A stretch of DNA of 64,000 nt, taken from positions 3,168,001 to 3,232,000 of the forward strand of contig OZ244905.1 in NCBI GenBank assembly GCA_965221695.1, read 5' to 3'. Within the stretch, counting starts at the first letter, position 1. Every line of letters begins with the position of its first letter. The translations under genes were made by a program, and so were the position numbers. This stretch comes from Gammaproteobacteria bacterium. GTDB lineage: Bacteria; Pseudomonadota; Gammaproteobacteria; Eutrophobiales; Eutrophobiaceae. Below, piece by piece: positions 35,772-44,898 of this stretch. Under the pieces are notes generated by a model, which saw only the letters and a program-made list of their open reading frames with translations, ran no database searches and was not told the origin of the DNA.

Positions 35772-38717
35772 TCACTGGCATGACTCACAGTCCACCTCGT
35801 TTAACGAACAGACCTTGGCTTCCGGTTGTTCGGAATTTTTGCGTTCAACCGCGGCAAGCCTGTTTTCCCGACCACCGCTCAAGGTGGATTTTTCCACGTG
35901 GGTCGCGCCCAGGCTGCGCAGGTAATAGGTTGTCTTAAGACCTCTTACCCAGGCCAGCTTGTACAGGTTGTCCATTTTCTTGCCGTCCGGCGCGGACATG
36001 TACAAATTCAAAGACTGCGCTTGATCGATCCATTTCTGCCGGCGTGACGCGCATTCCACCAGCCAGCGCGGATCCACCTCGAAGGCAGTCGAGTAAAGCA
36101 GTTTCAAATCATCCGGAATGCGGTCGATCTGCTGCACGCTACCGTCGAAATATTTCAGGTCGCTGACCATGACCTCATCCCAGATCCCCCGCGCCTTAAG
36201 GTCATTCACCATATACGGGTTGACCACGGTAAACTCGCCGGACAGGTTTGATTTGACAAACAGGTTCTGGTAAGTCGGTTCGATGGACTGGCTGACGCCG
36301 CAAATGTTGGAAATTGTCGCAGTCGGAGCAATGGCCATGCAATTGGAATTACGCATGCCCGTCTTTTTTACGCGTTTACGTAATGTGGCCCAATCGAGTC
36401 TGCTGGTTTTGTCCATCTCCAGATACCCGTCCCGACTTTTATCCAGCGCGTCGATGGAATCGATTGGCAGAACGCCCTTGCTCCAGAGTGAGCCCTTGAA
36501 ACTGGTATATGCGCCGCGTTCCTCAGCCAGGTCGGTCGACGCCTTGATGGCATAATAGCTGACCATCTCCATACTGGAATCGGCAAATTCAACCGCTTCC
36601 TCGGACGCATACGCCAGACGCAGTTTATACAGCGCATCCTGGAACCCCATAAGACCTAAGCCCACCGGACGATGTTTCAGGTTGGAACGGCGAGCCTGCG
36701 GCACGCTGTAATAGTTATAGTCGATGACGTTGTCCAGCATGCGCATGGCGGTGTTGATGGTCTGTTCCAGCTTGGCCTGGTCCACGCCGTCTTCGGTTAC
36801 GTGTTGGGCCAGGTTCACGGAACCGAGGTTGCAGACAGCTATTTCGTCGTCCGACGTGTTCAATGTGATCTCGGTGCACAGGTTGGAAGAATGCACCACG
36901 CCGATATGCTGTTGCGGTGAGCGCAGGTTACACGGGTCTTTGAACGTGAGCCACGGGTGGCCGGTCTCATACAGCATTGAGAGCATCTTACGCCACAGGT
37001 CCTGCGCCTTTAGGGTTTTGTGCAGCTTCAGTTGGCCCTGAGTCGCCATTTGCTCGTATTCCTGGTAGCGCTGGGCAAACTCATCTCCACACAAGTCATG
37101 CAGATCCGGTGTGTCATCCGGAGAGAACAGAGTCCAGTTTCCGCCCTCGCAGACGCGCTGCATGAACAGGTCCGGGATCCAGTTGGCGGTATTCATGTCG
37201 TGGGTGCGACGCCGGTCATCGCCGGTATTTTTGCGCAACTCCAGGAATTCCTCGATATCCAGATGCCAGCTTTCCAGGTAGCCGCACATGGCGCCTTTAC
37301 GTTTTCCTCCCTGGTTAACAGCTACCGCGGTATCATTGGCAACCTTGAGGAACGGGACCACCCCCTGGGACTTTCCGTTGGTCCCTTTGATGTGCGCGCC
37401 CATGGAGCGCACCCGGCTCCAGTCATTGCCCAGTCCGCCGGCGAATTTGGATAACAGGGCATCGTCCCTGATCGCGCTGAAGATACCGTCGAGGTTGTCG
37501 GGCACCGTAGTCAGGTAACAACTGGAAAGTTGTGGCCGGCATGTTCCCGAATTAAACAGGGTAGGCGTGGAACTCATGAAATCGAAGGAGGACAACAGTT
37601 CGTAGAACTCGATCGTCCTGCTTTCCCGGTCCAACTCGTTAATGGCCAGGCCCATCGCCACGCGCATGAAGAAAGCCTGCGGCAGTTCGATACGGACATG
37701 CTCATCGGTATGGATGAAATAGCGGTCGTACAGAGTCTGCAGGCCCAAGTAGGTGAACAGGTGGTCCCGTTCAGGCTTCAGCGCCTTGCCCAGACGGTCC
37801 AGGTCGTACTTCACCAGTTCATGGCCCAACAGGTCCAGGGACGCGGCGGTCTCAATATACTTGCGGAAATACAGCGGGTAGCGCTCGGCCATCTGTGTCT
37901 GGGTTGCTTCCGTGGCGCCCTGGTTGATATAACTCAGGGCTTCCTTGCGCAAGCCGTCCAGCAACAGGCGGGCGGCCACGTAGGTGTAATTCGGCTCTTT
38001 TTCGATCAGCGCCCGGGCGCTCATGACCAGCGCATGGTTGACATCGGATTCATTGACCCCTTCGAACAGGTTGCGCTGCGCATCGTCAATTATGAGACTA
38101 CCGTCAACCTGTTCCAGACCGTTGCATGCCTCGTTGACGACGGCAAACACGCGCTCCATATCCAGTTTTTTCAACGCGCCGTCTGCGGTTTTTACATTGA
38201 TGCCACCGCTTGTGTCGTCCTGCTCGAGCTGCGCGTCGCCGGCTGTTTCAACACGGTCCCGAGCCCGTTGCTCCCGATAGATTACGTACGCGCGCGCCAC
38301 CTTCTGTTCCCCGGCGCGCATCAATGCCAGTTCGACCTGATCCTGGATATCCTCAATGTGTACAGTGCCGCCACTGGGCAGACGGCGCGTCACGCCCCTG
38401 GCCACCTGCTCGGTGAGCTCCTTCACTTTTTCATGGACGCGCGTAGACGCTGCAGCGGCGCCACCTTCCACCTCCAGGAAAGCCTTGGTGATGGCAACGC
38501 TGATTTTGGATGCGTTAAAAGCCGTGACCTTGCCGTTACGGCGGATGACGTTATATTCTCCGGGTTGGTAGGCAGTCAATTCGCCGGTATATTCCGGATC
38601 CGGCTGCCCGCCGTTCTGTTTGGCAGGTTCTTTGCCGGTATGAATCCCGTCGGCGTTTACGTCAATCACGGACTCTGCCAGGACAGATTTTTCGCTTTGC
38701 ATAGGGCCTATCCGCAT
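35772..38717 (-). CDS. nrdA: Class Ia ribonucleotide reductase alpha subunit with two N-terminal ATP-cones
   Basis: VIRRNG cone and second KTADG cone, TPTLFNSG, QLSSCY, SNLCTEI, APTATIS, KTTYYLR, C-terminal CESCQ. Confidence 0.96.
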   Translation of the reverse strand: MRIGPMQSEKSVLAESVIDVNADGIHTGKEPAKQNGGQPDPEYTGELTAYQPGEYNVIRRNGKVTAFNASKISVAITKAFLEVEGGAAAASTRVHEKVKELTEQVARGVTRRLPSGGTVHIEDIQDQVELALMRAGEQKVARAYVIYREQRARDRVETAGDAQLEQDDTSGGINVKTADGALKKLDMERVFAVVNEACNGLEQVDGSLIIDDAQRNLFEGVNESDVNHALVMSARALIEKEPNYTYVAARLLLDGLRKEALSYINQGATEATQTQMAERYPLYFRKYIETAASLDLLGHELVKYDLDRLGKALKPERDHLFTYLGLQTLYDRYFIHTDEHVRIELPQAFFMRVAMGLAINELDRESRTIEFYELLSSFDFMSSTPTLFNSGTCRPQLSSCYLTTVPDNLDGIFSAIRDDALLSKFAGGLGNDWSRVRSMGAHIKGTNGKSQGVVPFLKVANDTAVAVNQGGKRKGAMCGYLESWHLDIEEFLELRKNTGDDRRRTHDMNTANWIPDLFMQRVCEGGNWTLFSPDDTPDLHDLCGDEFAQRYQEYEQMATQGQLKLHKTLKAQDLWRKMLSMLYETGHPWLTFKDPCNLRSPQQHIGVVHSSNLCTEITLNTSDDEIAVCNLGSVNLAQHVTEDGVDQAKLEQTINTAMRMLDNVIDYNYYSVPQARRSNLKHRPVGLGLMGFQDALYKLRLAYASEEAVEFADSSMEMVSYYAIKASTDLAEERGAYTSFKGSLWSKGVLPIDSIDALDKSRDGYLEMDKTSRLDWATLRKRVKKTGMRNSNCMAIAPTATISNICGVSQSIEPTYQNLFVKSNLSGEFTVVNPYMVNDLKARGIWDEVMVSDLKYFDGSVQQIDRIPDDLKLLYSTAFEVDPRWLVECASRRQKWIDQAQSLNLYMSAPDGKKMDNLYKLAWVRGLKTTYYLRSLGATHVEKSTLSGGRENRLAAVERKNSEQPEAKVCSLNEVDCESCQ

Positions 38718-38804
38718 AAATTATTGGTATTGAATGCCGCTTGCGGGACTGGTCAGGAACCCGGAAGCGGGGTGAAGTCTGTTACGCGAAACTTAAGTAT
38801 TACA

Positions 38805-38852
38805 CTACTATATTCTGTGGTCAAGTAATTTTTTCACAACAATATCTGGTGG
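38805..38852. promoter_or_regulatory. Tandem NrdR boxes upstream of nrdA
   Basis: CTACTATATTCTGTGG (38805-38820) and CAACAATATCTGGTGG (38837-38852), 32 bp apart, resembling acaCwAtATaTwGtg. Confidence 0.75.
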
Positions 38853-38881
38853 GTTTTGCTGTGGTTTAGCATTGGGTAACT

Positions 38882-38890
38882 TGTGGATAA
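38882..38890 (-). promoter_or_regulatory. DnaA box upstream of nrdA
   Basis: TGTGGATAA is the reverse complement of TTATCCACA. Confidence 0.6.
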
Positions 38891-38970
38891 GCTGCGGAAA
38901 AAAATGGGTCGGAATATCTTGTTAAATAGCTCTATAATATCCGTTCTTCAACAATTTACAGGGAGACAAA

Positions 38971-41070
38971 ATGGGCTTACGCATCGGTGTAGACGTGGGC
39001 GGCACCTTCACGGATTTTCTGGTCGTGGATGCGGCTGGCAATACCGATATCCATAAGACCTCGACGACGCCTGAGGATCCGTCTGTGGGCTTTTTCCGCG
39101 GTCTGCAAAAGGCAGCGCAACAGCGCGGACTGTCGCTGAACGAATTCCTGCGGCAGGTGGAAACCATCGTTCATGGCACTACCATTACCACCAACGCCAC
39201 CCTGACCGGCGATGGCGCGAACGCCGGTTTTATCACGACAAAAGGTTTTCGCGATGTGCTCAATATGCGTCGTGGCCTGAAAGAGCGCCAGTTTGAAAAA
39301 TATGCCCCGCCGCCGGCCCTGATACCACGCCGCCACATTCAACCGGTTGAAGAACGCATTAACGTCCTGGGTGAAGCGCTAATATCCCTGAATGAGGAAG
39401 ATGTCCGGCGCGCGGCCCGCTATTTCCGGGAGCAAGACATCGAAGCCGTCGCCGTGTCGTTCCTCTGGTCGTTCCGCAATCCTGCCCATGAGTTGAGGGT
39501 AAGGGAAATACTGGAACAGGAACTGCCCGGCATCTACGTGTCGCTGTCCACAGAAGTCCTGCCGCAGATCCGTTTGTACGAGAGAAACAGCGCCACCGCG
39601 TTGAATGCTTATGTGGGCCCGGTATTGACCCGTTATATTTCCAGGTTGCTGGCCCGGCTCGAAACCGGGAACTTTGCCGGCAACTTGTTGATCATGCAAT
39701 CCAACGGCGGGGTCATGTCGCCCCAGGTGGCGCAGCGCTACGCTTCCAACACCTTATTATCCGGGCCGGCCGGCGCGCCCATGGCCGGCGTGTTCTACGG
39801 CAGCACGCAAGGTTTCAAAAATGTCATTACCATCGACATGGGCGGCACTTCGTTCGATGTGGCCCTGGTAAAAAATGCCGAACCGGCAGTGACTACGGAA
39901 GGAACCATCGGCGAACACCGCATCGCCTCGCCCATCCTGGATATCCATACCATTGGCGCCGGCGGCGGCTCCATCGCTTGGATCGACTCGGGCGGACTGC
40001 TTGCCGTCGGCCCGAAGAGCGCCGGCGCCGCTCCGGGACCGGCCTGTTACGGCCGCGGCGGCGTCCTGCCGACGGTCACCGATGCGCAGTATGTGCTGGG
40101 TTACCTGGACCCGACATATTTTGCCGCCGGCGAATTGCAGCTCGACGCCGAAGCGGCGCGCGCCGCCATAGATCAACATATTGCGCAACCGTTATCCATG
40201 GACCTGGTTGCGGCGGCGGACGGCATTTACCAACTGGTCAATAACAATATGGCGGCGGCTCTGGGCGTTGTGTCCGTGCAGCGGGGTTACGATCCCAGGG
40301 AGTTTGTGCTGGTGGTTGCCGGTGGAGCCGGGCCCATCCATGCCGCGGCTATCGCCAAGGAGCTGGATATCCCGTTGATACTCATCCCCAGGGAATCGTC
40401 AGTGTTCTGCGCGGCCGGCATGTTGATCGCCGACCTCAAGCACGATTACGTCCGCACCTATGCCACCGATATCGATCAGGTCGATACAGAACAGGTCGCG
40501 GCCTTGTATGCAGAGATGGCGGCAACTGCCAGGAACACGCTGAAATCGGAGGCCGTTGCTGATGAATTGGTGGAGATAAACTATTCGGCAGACCTGCGCT
40601 ATATCGGCCAGTTCAATGAAGTCGAAGTGATGTTACCGAATGCCGGGGAATTATCTGAGCAGGTTCTGAAGCAGCTCTGTGACGCGTTCCATTTGAAACA
40701 CGACAGCTTGTACGGTTATTCGATGTCTGACGCGGAAGTGGAATTGATCAACCTGCGTATCAGCGCGCGCGGCAAGACCACAAAACCGGCCCAGGAACGT
40801 CATGAACCACGTGGCGCAGACGCCGAGCACGCGTTGTTGGGCGCAAGAAAAGCCTGGTTTGGCGGCGGGTTTGTCGATACCCCGGTCTATGACGGACTGG
40901 CCCTGACAAGCGGCAACCAGATCACTGGACCGGCCATAGTGGCGCAGCCTACCACTACGATTGTAACGCCGCCGGGTTTCAAATTGTGCTGTGATGACTA
41001 TAATAATTATCTTCTTTATCCAGAAGATAAAGACTTGGCCCAATTAATCAGCACATTACGCAACAGGTGA
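38971..41070 (+). CDS. Hydantoinase A / oxoprolinase family ATP-binding subunit
   Basis: RIGVDVGGTFTD, HGTTITTNA, LSGPAG, DMGGTSFDV, IGAGGGSIA, PGPACYGRGG, PTVTDA. Confidence 0.93.
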   Translation: MGLRIGVDVGGTFTDFLVVDAAGNTDIHKTSTTPEDPSVGFFRGLQKAAQQRGLSLNEFLRQVETIVHGTTITTNATLTGDGANAGFITTKGFRDVLNMRRGLKERQFEKYAPPPALIPRRHIQPVEERINVLGEALISLNEEDVRRAARYFREQDIEAVAVSFLWSFRNPAHELRVREILEQELPGIYVSLSTEVLPQIRLYERNSATALNAYVGPVLTRYISRLLARLETGNFAGNLLIMQSNGGVMSPQVAQRYASNTLLSGPAGAPMAGVFYGSTQGFKNVITIDMGGTSFDVALVKNAEPAVTTEGTIGEHRIASPILDIHTIGAGGGSIAWIDSGGLLAVGPKSAGAAPGPACYGRGGVLPTVTDAQYVLGYLDPTYFAAGELQLDAEAARAAIDQHIAQPLSMDLVAAADGIYQLVNNNMAAALGVVSVQRGYDPREFVLVVAGGAGPIHAAAIAKELDIPLILIPRESSVFCAAGMLIADLKHDYVRTYATDIDQVDTEQVAALYAEMAATARNTLKSEAVADELVEINYSADLRYIGQFNEVEVMLPNAGELSEQVLKQLCDAFHLKHDSLYGYSMSDAEVELINLRISARGKTTKPAQERHEPRGADAEHALLGARKAWFGGGFVDTPVYDGLALTSGNQITGPAIVAQPTTTIVTPPGFKLCCDDYNNYLLYPEDKDLAQLISTLRNR

Positions 41071-41074
41071 TGCT

Positions 41075-42823
41075 ATGAATACCGAAGCAGAAGCCAGGAC
41101 TATCGATCCGATCAGGGTTTCCGTCATCGGCAACCGTCTTGACGCAATCAGCAAGGAAATCGGCCAGACTATGTTGCGCACCTCGCGCTCGCCGATTTTT
41201 TCCGAAGCGCGCGATTTCGTCACGGCCGTCTTCGACAAACGGCTGCGGCTGGTCGCCCAGACTGCGTATATTCCGGTTTTGATGGGCGCGCTGCCGTTCG
41301 CCATCAGGAGTATTGCGGAGACCTTTGCCGGCGACATAAACGAAGGCGATGTGTTCATCCTGAACGATCCGTATCACGGCAATAATCATCCGCCGGACAT
41401 TAATATAGCCAAACCTGTTTTCTTTAACGGCGAGATCGAATTCTGGTCCATCTGCAAGGGTCATCATGCCGATGTCGGCGGCGGCGGCGTGGCTGGTTAT
41501 AACCCGGCAGCAAAGAGCGTCTGGGAGGAATGCATCCGCATCCCGCCGGCGAAGCTGTATGACGCGGGCAAACCGAACAAGGCGTTGTGGGATACGATCC
41601 TGCTCAACGTGCGCTTGCCGTTCCTGGTGGAAGGCGATTTGCATTGCGAGGTGGGCGCGGTCACCAAGGGCGAACGCAGTCTGCTGGCATTACTGGAAAA
41701 ATACGGCGTCGAACAGGTCAACCTGGCCATCGATCAGATCTTCGATGCCGCGGAGAAACAGATGCGTTCGGCCATCGCTACGCTGCCCAACGGCGATTAC
41801 GCCGCGGAACGTTATATTGACCATGACGGCATTAACAAGGATCGCATGATCGCGGTCAGGCTGACTATCAGGGTGGCGGACGAAGACATCACCTTCGATT
41901 TCAGCGGGTCTGACGCACAGGCTGCCGGTTACGTGAACAGTTCTGTGCCGAATACCTTGTCGTCAGCCTACCTTGCCTTGTTTATGTCCATCGGGTCCGA
42001 TCTGAGATTCAACGAAGGCGCTTTGCGCGCCCTGCATGTGGTGGCGCCTGAGGGCACGGTCGTTAACCCCATGGAACCCGCCCCCGTGACCGGTTGCACC
42101 ATCAATACCGCGCAGACCATTATCGAAGCTGCCTGGTTGGCTCTGTCACAGGCAGCGCCTGATAGAGTTGACGCAGCCTGGGCGCGTTGGTGCGCGCCCG
42201 CCTCCATGGGCATGAACCCGCGTACCGGCCGCTTGTTCGGCGACATCCATTTCATGTGTAAGGGTGGCGGTGGAGCCTCCCGGGGACTGGACGGTTGGGA
42301 TCATATCGGCACCGTTGTTTGCGCCGGCGGGGTGCGGGCGCCGGATCCGGAACTGCACGAACTGGTCAATCCGTACACGGTGTTGCAGTACGAATACTGG
42401 CCGGACAGCGCCGGCGCCGGGGAGTGGCGCGGCGGTATGGGCACAATCTACCGCTGGCGCGCCGAGGCCGACCATATCGCGCTGGCCAATTTCGGTGGCG
42501 GCAACCGGGAGGCAACTGCGCCGTTTGGTCTCGCCGGCGGTAAGGCTGCGCCGCCGCACCAGCTCTATTTGAAGAAGGGCGACGCAAGCATAGAAGTGGA
42601 TGCGGAAAGTTTTTATGACTACAGCTCCGGCGATATATTCGAGATCTATCAGAGTGGGGGAGGCGGATTTGGCGACCCGTTCAAGCGTTCTATTGAGAAA
42701 GTCAAAGACGATGTGGCGAACGGGCTGGTTTCCGCGCGCCAGGCTCGGGAGCAGTATGGCGTGGCCATCGACCCCGAATCTTTAGCCGTGGATGAGGCGC
42801 AAACGCAAGCGCTGAGGAGCTGA
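41075..42823 (+). CDS. Hydantoinase B / oxoprolinase family metal-binding subunit
   Basis: RTSRSPIFSEARDF, NDPYHGNNHPPD, KGHHADVGG, GAGEWRGG, GGGGFGDP. Confidence 0.93.
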   Translation: MNTEAEARTIDPIRVSVIGNRLDAISKEIGQTMLRTSRSPIFSEARDFVTAVFDKRLRLVAQTAYIPVLMGALPFAIRSIAETFAGDINEGDVFILNDPYHGNNHPPDINIAKPVFFNGEIEFWSICKGHHADVGGGGVAGYNPAAKSVWEECIRIPPAKLYDAGKPNKALWDTILLNVRLPFLVEGDLHCEVGAVTKGERSLLALLEKYGVEQVNLAIDQIFDAAEKQMRSAIATLPNGDYAAERYIDHDGINKDRMIAVRLTIRVADEDITFDFSGSDAQAAGYVNSSVPNTLSSAYLALFMSIGSDLRFNEGALRALHVVAPEGTVVNPMEPAPVTGCTINTAQTIIEAAWLALSQAAPDRVDAAWARWCAPASMGMNPRTGRLFGDIHFMCKGGGGASRGLDGWDHIGTVVCAGGVRAPDPELHELVNPYTVLQYEYWPDSAGAGEWRGGMGTIYRWRAEADHIALANFGGGNREATAPFGLAGGKAAPPHQLYLKKGDASIEVDAESFYDYSSGDIFEIYQSGGGGFGDPFKRSIEKVKDDVANGLVSARQAREQYGVAIDPESLAVDEAQTQALRS

Positions 42824-42830
42824 GACCAGT

Positions 42831-44471
42831 ATGGAAAAAGCCGAACAAATCCGGGAGTCTGTGAGCGACAGCCCGGACCAGGTGTTTGAGACAGCTTCCG
42901 GTCTTCCCATTGAGGAATTATACGGTCCTGAGCAGGTCGATGAGCAATATTGGGCGAGCGCTGTGGGCGAGCCCGGCGCGTACCCGTTTACCCGCGGGCC
43001 CTACCCGAACATGTATCGCGGCCGTATCTGGACCAGGCGCTTTCAGGTTGGTTTCGGGTCGCCCCAGGAGAGCAACGAGCGAATTAAATTCCTTCACAAA
43101 CACGGGGCTAACGGCTTTGTCATAACGATTGATTTGCCCACTTCCTATGGATTCGACTCGGATGACCCGATTGCCGAAGGTGAGGTAGGAGTAACCGGCC
43201 TGGCGCTGAGCACGCTGGAAGACATGCGCGCGCTGTATGACGGCTTCGGTCCGGATACAGTCTCATACGCGTTGTCGATCCGTCCGCCGGTGTCCTCGGT
43301 TTCCTTGGCTATGCTGGCCTGTGTCGCCGAAGAGAAAGGCATCCCGCTGTCCCGGGTCATAGGGACGCAACAGAATGATCCGTTCTACCAGATGAGCGGC
43401 GGACCGTTACAGACCACGACCCGGTTTTTCCCCATCCAGGGCACCTTGCGTTTGTGTATCGATAACATTCAATTCATGACCGAGCACATGCCGCGCCTGA
43501 ACTGGATGGTCACCAACGGCTACAACCTGCGGGAGACCGGTGTGAATGCCATTGAGGATGGCGCGTTCACACTCGGTCATGCCTTCGACATCTTTCGCCT
43601 GGCAAAGGAGCGCGGCCTCGATATCAACCGCTTTCCGCAACGGGCTTCGTTTTTTCTGTCCTGTTCCATCGATTTTTTTGAAGAGATTGCGAAGTTCCGC
43701 GCTATGCGCCGGCTCTATGCCAAAACCATGCAGGAAGAATTCGGTGCGACTGACCCGACCAGCCAGCGCATGCGCTTTTCCGTGCAATCCGCCGGCAACA
43801 CGCTTACCACACAACAGCCTGAAGTGAATATCGTACGCGCCGGCATAGAAGCTATGGCTGCCGTGTTCGGCGGCGCCCAGTCTATCCATTTGTGTTCCTA
43901 TGATGAGGGACATGGATTGCCCACTGAAGAATCCTCTCGCATTGCGTTACGCACGCAGCAGGTGATTGCCTATGAATCCGGCGTCACGAAGACCGTGGAT
44001 CCGCTGGGTGGCTCCTGGTTCGTGGAGCATCTGACCGATAGCATCGAGCGTGAGATAAGCAGTAAACTGCTGGAAATCAAAGAGCAGGGCGGAATGGCCA
44101 AAGCAATACAGGACGGTTGGCTGGAGGAACAAATCAATGCCGCTCGTTATCGCAATCAGCGCGACCTGGATTCAGGGCGCAAGACGCTGGTCGGCGTGAA
44201 TCGGTACACCATTCCCAAGCAGGAGGAAAGAAAGATTCAGACGCATAAGATCAAGGCCGATGAATGGGGGGAGCGCCGCAGTCAATACCTGTCGGCGTTT
44301 CGGCGCAATAGGGACCAGCAGCAATGGAGCGACGCTCTGAGCCAGATTGAACGAGCTTGGCGAGCGGAAGAGAACATGGTGCCGGCTATCATGAACGCGC
44401 TGCGTCTGAACGCCACCATGGGCGAGATCCACGAGGCGATGCGCAACGCCCAGAACTGGTCGTTTCGATGA
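42831..44471 (+). CDS. AdoCbl-dependent acyl-CoA mutase, substrate-binding (large) subunit, non-canonical specificity residues
   Basis: PGAYPFTRGPYPNMY, DLPTSYGFDSD, GEVG, FFEEIAKFRA.RR, GGAQSIH, DPLGGSWFVE. Confidence 0.9.
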   Translation: MEKAEQIRESVSDSPDQVFETASGLPIEELYGPEQVDEQYWASAVGEPGAYPFTRGPYPNMYRGRIWTRRFQVGFGSPQESNERIKFLHKHGANGFVITIDLPTSYGFDSDDPIAEGEVGVTGLALSTLEDMRALYDGFGPDTVSYALSIRPPVSSVSLAMLACVAEEKGIPLSRVIGTQQNDPFYQMSGGPLQTTTRFFPIQGTLRLCIDNIQFMTEHMPRLNWMVTNGYNLRETGVNAIEDGAFTLGHAFDIFRLAKERGLDINRFPQRASFFLSCSIDFFEEIAKFRAMRRLYAKTMQEEFGATDPTSQRMRFSVQSAGNTLTTQQPEVNIVRAGIEAMAAVFGGAQSIHLCSYDEGHGLPTEESSRIALRTQQVIAYESGVTKTVDPLGGSWFVEHLTDSIEREISSKLLEIKEQGGMAKAIQDGWLEEQINAARYRNQRDLDSGRKTLVGVNRYTIPKQEERKIQTHKIKADEWGERRSQYLSAFRRNRDQQQWSDALSQIERAWRAEENMVPAIMNALRLNATMGEIHEAMRNAQNWSFR

Positions 44472-44499
44472 GCCTCCGGGATTATTGGAGGAACGTACA

Positions 44500-44898
44500 A
44501 TGACTGGGAGAAATAGAGTTTTACTGGCCAAAATGGGGCTGGACTGCCATGACACCGGCATCATTACTGTCGCCCAGCAGCTTCGGGAAGGCGGTTTTGA
44601 GGTGATTTATCTGGGTTTGCACAATGACGCGGACCAGGTGGTCAAGGCAGCGTTAGAGGAAGATGCAGACCTGATCGGCGTTAGTTTTCTGTCCGGTCAG
44701 CATCTTACACAGGTGCGCAAACTGCTGCGCAGCCTGCGCGCCAGTGAACTGGAGATACCGGTAGTGTGTGGCGGTGTGATTCCCGATGACGATGCCGAAC
44801 AACTGCTGAGCATGGGTGTCAGCGAGGTGATCAGACCCGGCGCCCTGACCGAAGATGTGCTTACCGTTGTCAGGCGGGCCCTGGCGCGCCAAACGTAA
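44500..44898 (+). CDS. Cobalamin-binding small subunit of the mutase
   Basis: AKMGLDCHDTG (DxHxxG), GFEVIYLG, IGVSFLSG, GGVIP; RBS GGAGG. Confidence 0.92.
   Translation: MTGRNRVLLAKMGLDCHDTGIITVAQQLREGGFEVIYLGLHNDADQVVKAALEEDADLIGVSFLSGQHLTQVRKLLRSLRASELEIPVVCGGVIPDDDAEQLLSMGVSEVIRPGALTEDVLTVVRRALARQT

Noticed and set aside
38882-38890. Replication origin
   Set aside because: Only one perfect DnaA box and no dnaA/gidA context; better explained by nrdAB regulation.
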